Assembly: GCA_963815195.1 (NCBI GenBank)
Contig: CAWFGE010000012.1
Location: 96,001-160,000 of the forward strand
DNA from: an uncultured Planctomycetaceae bacterium
Lineage (GTDB): Bacteria > Planctomycetota > Planctomycetia > Planctomycetales > Planctomycetaceae
Direction of reading: 5' to 3'
Length of the DNA stretch: 64,000 nt
Under the pieces are notes generated by a model. That model was given only the letters and a program-made list of their open reading frames with translations. It was not told the origin of the DNA and did no database searches. Position numbers and translations under genes: made by a program. Below are positions 58,004 through 64,000 of this stretch, one piece after another. How positions within the stretch are numbered: position 1 is the first letter of the stretch; each line of letters opens with the position of its first letter.

Positions 58004-61000
58004 TCCGGCTTCTCCGAGATGGAGGAACCGATCAATTCGGGGGCCGAACTGTCGCCGGTCGACGGGCGCGAACCGCGGTGCTGCGTGGCAGACGAGCCGG
58101 GATGGGCCGCGGGCAATTGCCGAACCGCGGTGGGATCTTCCGAGCCGATGGGCTGGGCATAAGGCGACGCGGACGAGGGATGAAAATCACTCGGGCTGGG
58201 CATCGCGACCACGGTCGCTTGCCGCCGGCGATTGAAGGACCCGTCGATCGCCACGGCAACAATCGCCAGCAGCAACCCCAAGGCCGCGGGCTGAAGCAGC
58301 AACTGCATCGGGGCCGCGTACCAGATCCCGCACACCGCGAAGGCAAACACCGCCAACAGCACCGTCAACACGTTTCGCGTGGCGGGGATTTTGAGCAGCA
58401 GCACGCCGCCAAACAATGCCAATCCCGCTCCGAACAGCACCACGATCGAACGGTTCATTGAAGAAAACCGCAGCGCCGGCGGGTTTCCAAAACACCTGAA
58501 CCGGTAAGTGTTTCCCTCGTAGGCGAACGGGTCGGCGTCCTCGGCGGCGGAACGATCCAGCCATTCGTCCAACTCGGCGGACGATTGCTTCGGCGTCCGC
58601 TGCCAAAACACGCCTTGGTGGGTCCAGGAGAATTCCGGCGTAAATCCGTCCGGCAGTGTGAACAGGTGCTGATCCACCGGCAGCGTGACGTCCCAGATCG
58701 TTTTATCGATCCAGACCTCGCCGGGAAACGCGGGCATCGCCAAGCCGAAGTCCTGGCTCCATTCGAGGGCCGCGGGTTTCTTGGTGTGAAACTCGACCAT
58801 GAGCAAATGGCCCTTGATCCCGGCCGGTGAAATGTCCTTTGCCGGGAGGTCCAAACGGTAGGTCCCGGACGCTGGCTGCACTTCCGCGTACTGTTTCTCG
58901 TCCAACTCCACGCCGTCCCAGTGAAAACCTTCGGGAACCAGCTCTTCCGGAGGTAGCGAGATCAACACATAGTCCATCTCCGGCCGGAGTTGATAGTAGG
59001 CCTGCGTATAAACCTGCCCGTTGGGCAAAACCGCGCTTTTCACGAGGGATTTGGGGATTTTCAGGTTTTGAATGTCGATGTCCGTGCGGGGCGTCCAGGC
59101 GATGGACAGCGTCTCGCCCACGTTGTTCGTGGTCCACGTTTCCTCTGAATCCCGCTCCGGACTGATCGTCCATTGGGGCGATTCGACGGTGAGATCCGCC
59201 TGGTAATCCGCCGCGAATTCCAATCGCCCGGTGACATCGTTGGCATCGCTCGCGCGGACCAGCGGCAGCTCGAGTTGGTGCCGATTGTGGGACGACCCGG
59301 GAACCGTGTAGTGGGCCAGGATCTCAAACTCATTTAGCCGGGGCTCCGGCAGAGTCAGCCGGGCCTGCCGGGAGTTCTCGACCTTGAGGCCCGTCCATTC
59401 GAAGTGCAGGGGGACGAGTCCCAGTGTGAACTCCACGTTGCTCGGAAACGAGTCCGGCACCATCACCCGCAGTTGGGAGATCGGTTCATATTGCACATCG
59501 TAAAGCAAATGCTGGTGGACTTCGATCTGGTCGTCTTCGAGCGTCACCCGAACCTGGGTTTCGCAGCGGATGGATTGGGGATGCGTGACCAACTGGACCA
59601 GAAAATCGTGCGCGTCGGAACGCACGAGAAAACCCGTTTGCCGTTTGCCGCGGATGTCGCTCATGCGGGGCTCTTTCAAGAGGCGTTCCACCTCTTCCGC
59701 CAAGGTCGCGGAAAGCGGCTGCGTGGTGGTGTCGTCCGTGGGGAGCAGCGTGGACTCCACGCTTTCCTGATTCGTCACCACGACCACCGACCGCACCGGA
59801 TTCGACGCGATCACGCGCGGCAAGGTCAGCGGAAACGCCTCCGCCATCGTGTTGTCCACGTTGCGGTTCGCCCGCAACAAGAGCCTGAGCGGCGACGAGC
59901 CCTGGCTGATCCTTTTGGCGAATTGAAACGTGATCCGCCCCGTCGCGGCGTCGCTTTCGATCATTTCCACCAGGCCCGGAAGCTCGGCCCTGTCGATCGT
60001 CCAGCCCTGTTCCTCAAACCGCGGCCAATCGATTTCCAACGACTGCAACACGCCCCGGTAAACCTCCAGTTCCAGGTCGGCGAGCATCTCGATCCGCTTC
60101 TCGCCCATCCTCAGAAAAATCTGAGGCCGGACCGAATACGACGGCACGATCTTCTGCAAATCGAGCACGAGTTGAAACGGCTGCTGCTGGAATTGATACG
60201 CGCTCGAGATCGGCCCCGGTCCCAAAAGTTCCTTGACGTTCGTGCGATAGACATCGGTGGCCGACCGCTTGACGATCCGGTAGCCGTCGAAGGCGACGAT
60301 CGCGATCACGCCGGATTGCCGAAGCGTGTCGCTGACATTGAAGCCTTCCACCATCAGCTTTCCCGACGCGGGCCACGGCGCTTGCAACAGCCAATCCAAC
60401 CGCGTCCGATTGGTGGTGGCGGCGGGAAGAGAGATCTTCACCGGTTCGGGCGCCTGCGGGAACGAATCCAGCGTCCGGTACCGCTCGCCGTCCACTTTGA
60501 GCTCCACCACCGAAAACCCGGCGGGCAAGGTAACCTCGAACTCTTTCATGCTGCCTTGCAGCGGCTCCACCAACTGCCGGGCTTTGAGCAGGATCGATTC
60601 TTCCGTCGGCTCGACGCGGATTTCGGTTTCCGCCTGGAGCAGCGTTTTGACCTGCCGGGAATCCGGGAGCGCCCGCCAGCCCAGGTCCAGGCGTTTGCCC
60701 AGGCGGACGACTTCCACCTCCGTCGCGTCTTCCCCGGCCGGCTTGGTTTTTTGAAGTCCGGCCGCCGTCGGCTCCAGCGAAAGCTGCTCCTGCGGAATGG
60801 GCAGGGTGAGTTTTAAATAACTGCTCGCCGCCGAGGGCACGGCCAGCTGCAGCCGCCGGACGCCCGAAACCTTCCGCACATCCACGAGCATGTCCATCGT
60901 GAGCTTATGCTCGCCTTGTCCCCGGAACCACCACACCAACCCCGTCCGCCGATCGAAACGTCCAAACCGGGATTGTCCCGCCGGCTTCGTCTTGCGGCCG

Positions 61001-61452
61001 GCATTCGCGGGGGGCGTAAATTCATGCTGGAATTTCAGCATGCTCGCTTCGTTCAGCTCCAAAGGCACCTCCACCCAGCCGGTCTCGTCGGTGATCTGCA
61101 CCGTGATCGACACCGAAACCGCGGCCTCTTCGTCGCTCGCGGTTCCCTCGATCGTCACATCCGAAAACGCATACGCCGGCCGTTCCACAAACTGGGCTTG
61201 CTTTTCCTTGAGCTTCAAAAGCTCATCGTACTCGGCCCGGGGCACTTGAATCCAACCCGCCGTGTTGGCGACGCGCGGGGCAGTCTTTTCCGCTGCTGTT
61301 TGGCCGGAATTCGGCCTGGCCGGCGGATGAGGCGTCTTCTGCAAAGTCGCCATCGGCGGCTCTTGCGCCCCGGCGGGCGAATAGCTCAACAGACACGCGA
61401 TCAGCGCGGGCAGCAGCACATGCCGGAATCTATCGATGGAGCGGGAAAGCAT
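58000..61452 (-). CDS. Large (~1150 aa) uncharacterised exported protein with C-terminal TM helices
   Basis: Signal peptide LLPALIACLLSYSPAGA, beta-rich body, three C-terminal TMs and a Ser/Pro-rich tail. Confidence 0.8.
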   Translation of the reverse strand: MLSRSIDRFRHVLLPALIACLLSYSPAGAQEPPMATLQKTPHPPARPNSGQTAAEKTAPRVANTAGWIQVPRAEYDELLKLKEKQAQFVERPAYAFSDVTIEGTASDEEAAVSVSITVQITDETGWVEVPLELNEASMLKFQHEFTPPANAGRKTKPAGQSRFGRFDRRTGLVWWFRGQGEHKLTMDMLVDVRKVSGVRRLQLAVPSAASSYLKLTLPIPQEQLSLEPTAAGLQKTKPAGEDATEVEVVRLGKRLDLGWRALPDSRQVKTLLQAETEIRVEPTEESILLKARQLVEPLQGSMKEFEVTLPAGFSVVELKVDGERYRTLDSFPQAPEPVKISLPAATTNRTRLDWLLQAPWPASGKLMVEGFNVSDTLRQSGVIAIVAFDGYRIVKRSATDVYRTNVKELLGPGPISSAYQFQQQPFQLVLDLQKIVPSYSVRPQIFLRMGEKRIEMLADLELEVYRGVLQSLEIDWPRFEEQGWTIDRAELPGLVEMIESDAATGRITFQFAKRISQGSSPLRLLLRANRNVDNTMAEAFPLTLPRVIASNPVRSVVVVTNQESVESTLLPTDDTTTQPLSATLAEEVERLLKEPRMSDIRGKRQTGFLVRSDAHDFLVQLVTHPQSIRCETQVRVTLEDDQIEVHQHLLYDVQYEPISQLRVMVPDSFPSNVEFTLGLVPLHFEWTGLKVENSRQARLTLPEPRLNEFEILAHYTVPGSSHNRHQLELPLVRASDANDVTGRLEFAADYQADLTVESPQWTISPERDSEETWTTNNVGETLSIAWTPRTDIDIQNLKIPKSLVKSAVLPNGQVYTQAYYQLRPEMDYVLISLPPEELVPEGFHWDGVELDEKQYAEVQPASGTYRLDLPAKDISPAGIKGHLLMVEFHTKKPAALEWSQDFGLAMPAFPGEVWIDKTIWDVTLPVDQHLFTLPDGFTPEFSWTHQGVFWQRTPKQSSAELDEWLDRSAAEDADPFAYEGNTYRFRCFGNPPALRFSSMNRSIVVLFGAGLALFGGVLLLKIPATRNVLTVLLAVFAFAVCGIWYAAPMQLLLQPAALGLLLAIVAVAIDGSFNRRRQATVVAMPSPSDFHPSSASPYAQPIGSEDPTAVRQLPAAHPGSSATQHRGSRPSTGDSSAPELIGSSISEKPE

Positions 61453-61598
61453 CGGGCCTGACACGGGAGATGGAAAACAGAGAAGGGAGAGTTGTGGAAA
61501 TCGGATTGCAGAGATCGGGCCGATACGCAAACCTCTTCTGCTATCATACCCGACCGTGGATGCCGGAGAAAGCAGGAATCTCGGTTTGTTCGCCGGCT

Positions 61599-62372
61599 TC
61601 AGCGCATCAGCCCGCACAGTTCTTGATGCAGCGAAGTTCCGTTGCTCGCCAGTATTTCGGGTTGATCCACCGAAAACGGGCTGTTGTCCAATCGCGACAC
61701 GCGGCCGCCGGCTTCTTCGACCAGGAGCGCTCCCGCGGCCATGTCCCAGGGCTTCAAGCTGCTGGACCAATACACATCGATCCGCCCGCAGGCGACATAC
61801 GCCAAATTGAGCGCCGCCGAGCCCGTCCGCTGTAAACTCTGGGCCGCGGGCAGCACGGCCAAGAACCGGGCCACCGCCGGGTCGTCCTTTTTCGTGGCGA
61901 CCGGCAGACTCGCGACGGCCATCGCGCTTTTCAGGGAGCCCGCGTCGGTGGGGGCGATCGGGTCCCCGTTGAGCTTCGCCCCCTCGCCTTTCACCGCAGT
62001 GAACATCTCATTCCGGTTAGGATCGTAAACCACGCCGACGATCAGCTTCCCGTCGGATTCCAAGGCGATGGACACCCCATAATAGGGGAAGCGATGCACA
62101 TAGTTCGAGGTGCCGTCCAAGGGATCGATGATCCAGCGGAAAGGCGAATCCTCGCGGGGCTGGTTGAGTCCTTCTTCTCCCAAGTAGCCGTGATCGGGAA
62201 AACGCCCGCTGATGATTCTGTAGATGGCGTCCTGCGAGGCGAAGTCCGCCTCGGTCACCAGATTGGACCGGCTCTTCTCGCTGACGGTGAACCGCGATCC
62301 CCAATCCTCGAGCACCTCGCCCGCTTTTCTCGCGGCCTCTTCGGCCGTTTTCAAGAATTCCGTTTCTCCCAC
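61599..62372 (-). CDS. suhB: Inositol monophosphatase family protein
   Basis: LVTEAD, GEEG, WIIDPLDGTSNY, GSAAL and WDMAAG. Confidence 0.9.
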   Translation of the reverse strand: MGETEFLKTAEEAARKAGEVLEDWGSRFTVSEKSRSNLVTEADFASQDAIYRIISGRFPDHGYLGEEGLNQPREDSPFRWIIDPLDGTSNYVHRFPYYGVSIALESDGKLIVGVVYDPNRNEMFTAVKGEGAKLNGDPIAPTDAGSLKSAMAVASLPVATKKDDPAVARFLAVLPAAQSLQRTGSAALNLAYVACGRIDVYWSSSLKPWDMAAGALLVEEAGGRVSRLDNSPFSVDQPEILASNGTSLHQELCGLMR

Positions 62373-62569
62373 GCTCGCTCCACTCCTTGATGGGGCTATC
62401 GGCTGAAAGTCCTTTGTCCCATTCGCACTTTTTCAGTATTCAAATCATTCAATCTCAAAGGTTCTCTGTGGGGCAGTTTGGCAAAGCGGGAGGCGACCGT
62501 CAACATCTCGCCGGGGGACTTTCCGAAAGAAACGCTTTTCCCTGAGAGAACGATTGGACATAATCGAAG

Positions 62570-62685
62570 AAAGGGGCATAGGCCGCAAAGGAGCAAAGGC
62601 CACAAAGCGAAGAGGAAAGCCGGAAACGCCTTTCTGCATGTTTTCCCTTTGCCCCTTTGTGGCCTTTGTGGCCTTTGTGGCCTCT
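62570..62685. repeat. Inverted array of 9-mer GGCCACAAA/TTTGTGGCC-type repeats in divergent intergenic region
   Basis: ggccgcaaaggagcaaaggccacaaag ... ctttgcccctttgtggcctttgtggcctttgtggcc. Confidence 0.65.
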
Positions 62686-62703
62686 AAAAAAAGGAGTCCC
62701 TGC

Positions 62704-64000
62704 GTGGATCTCGATTCTCGTTACGAGTTATTGGAAAAAATCGGCAGCGGCAGCTTTGCCAAGGTGTACCGCGCCCGCGACCGCGAACTCGGCCGGGAAG
62801 TGGCCGTCAAACAGATCCACGAACAATACCTGGACGATCCCGCCCAGCTCGACCGCTTCTGGCAGGAAGCCCAGCTTCTCGCTTCGCTCAGCCACCCCAA
62901 CATCGTCACGATCTACGATCTGCACCGCGACCGCGGCTGGGTGATTATGGAGCTTATGCAGGCCAGCCTCGCCGAGCGGTTCGAAAACCGGCAGATGCCG
63001 ATCTCCTCGATCCGCACCACGTTGGCCCACGGGCTCCGGGCGCTCAAATATCTGCATGCGCGGGGCATCGTGCACGGCGACATCAAACCCTCGAATCTGA
63101 TGATCGACTCCCGCCGGCGAATCAAGATCGGCGACTTCGGCCTCGCCCGCCGGGTCAGCGACGAAGACGGCAGCCTCATCAAAGGCACCACGAAATACAT
63201 GGCCCCCGAAGTCGTCTCCGAGGAGTTCGGCGAGATCGGCCCCGCGAGCGATCTGTATTCCCTGGGCTTCTGCGCTTACGAACTGATGTGCGGCCCCAAC
63301 TTCGAAACGCTGTTTCCCGGCCTGAGCGCCTTCGGCCGCAACAAGCAGATCGCCTGGATGATGTGGCACGCCGCCGCCGACCGCAAACTCCCGCCCGTCG
63401 CCCGCGTGTTGGAAGGCGTGCCCGAAGACCTGGCGGCCGTCATCGAAAAGCTGATCGATAAAGACCAGGCCGCGCGGTATCGCACCGCGGACCAGGCCCT
63501 CGCGGATTTGAAGGTCGATCTGAAAGTCGTCAAGTCGGACGATCCCGACGAACTCGAAGCCGAGGAAGACGCCCAGGACCAGGCCCGCAAGAAACGCCTG
63601 GTTTTCGCGGGCGGGGCGCTGGCGTTTTCGCTGGTGCTGTCTTTGGTGCTCTTGTTTTCGGGAGGCTCGCAGCCCCCCGAACCGCCCAAGAAACTCGTCC
63701 GGCTGGTGATGGAAGTTTTCCCCAAAGAGAACAAGCTCAAAGTCGAAGACCTCGACCGCACGTACGCCAAGGAGATCGCGCTCGGCGACGATCCGCGGAT
63801 CTTTTTGACCAACTCCCAAAAGAACATCGTGCCCCGCGAAATCCAGCCCGGCGACCGCATCGAAATCGAGCAAGCCCAGGATGACCGGGGAAAAACCCGG
63901 CTGGTGATCACGGTTTCCCGGCCGATCACCAATCACGGCGTCGTCAAAGACATCGATCGGCCGCACCGCCGCATCGTCGTTGCCGTCAACGAGGGCAGCC
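62704..64000 (+). CDS. Hanks-type Ser/Thr protein kinase with TM, truncated by window end (absent from ORF track)
   Basis: aaggag RBS and GTG start: MDLDSRYELLEKIGSGSFAKVY..VAVK, HGDIKPSN, DFG and YMAPE. TM near 63600-63660. Confidence 0.93.
   Translation, partial: MDLDSRYELLEKIGSGSFAKVYRARDRELGREVAVKQIHEQYLDDPAQLDRFWQEAQLLASLSHPNIVTIYDLHRDRGWVIMELMQASLAERFENRQMPISSIRTTLAHGLRALKYLHARGIVHGDIKPSNLMIDSRRRIKIGDFGLARRVSDEDGSLIKGTTKYMAPEVVSEEFGEIGPASDLYSLGFCAYELMCGPNFETLFPGLSAFGRNKQIAWMMWHAAADRKLPPVARVLEGVPEDLAAVIEKLIDKDQAARYRTADQALADLKVDLKVVKSDDPDELEAEEDAQDQARKKRLVFAGGALAFSLVLSLVLLFSGGSQPPEPPKKLVRLVMEVFPKENKLKVEDLDRTYAKEIALGDDPRIFLTNSQKNIVPREIQPGDRIEIEQAQDDRGKTRLVITVSRPITNHGVVKDIDRPHRRIVVAVNEGS

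Overview
GC-rich bacterial chromosomal segment, most likely from a planctomycete. This is inferred from a DUF1559 prepilin-like gene with its lipoprotein partner, tandem PQQ-like beta-propeller genes, a sulfatase, DUF1080, BatA/vWA and a Ser/Thr kinase. There are about 45 genes, mostly housekeeping or envelope: ABC-2 permease, GT9, a DevB-DevC-DevC-DevA exporter with a cNMP-binding domain fused to the ATPase, SGNH hydrolase, ThiF/MoeB/HesA, arylsulfatase, DUF4350/DUF4129 cluster, bioB, kbl, two tatA, DoxX, USP, CBS, arfB, pntA, membrane MutS-like, MscK-like, clpS, RspA-like dehydratase, PIG-L, FG-GAP, SlyX, MoxR and suhB. About 20 genes are split by small indels, which most likely reflect assembly error. 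I found no tRNA, rRNA, CRISPR array, transposase, integrase or phage gene. Intergenic regions carry several REP-like palindrome families. The most interesting items are: (1) a translationally coupled pair that looks like a split vitamin-K-dependent-carboxylase/HTTM (SdpA/SdpB-like) system; (2) two coupled giant membrane-anchored proteins that appear to be built from three homologous ~1000-aa modules; (3) a solitary close homolog of M.RsrI preceded by a 63-bp direct repeat; (4) a cNMP-fused DevBCA exporter. All family assignments come from motif recognition by eye, not from database searches.
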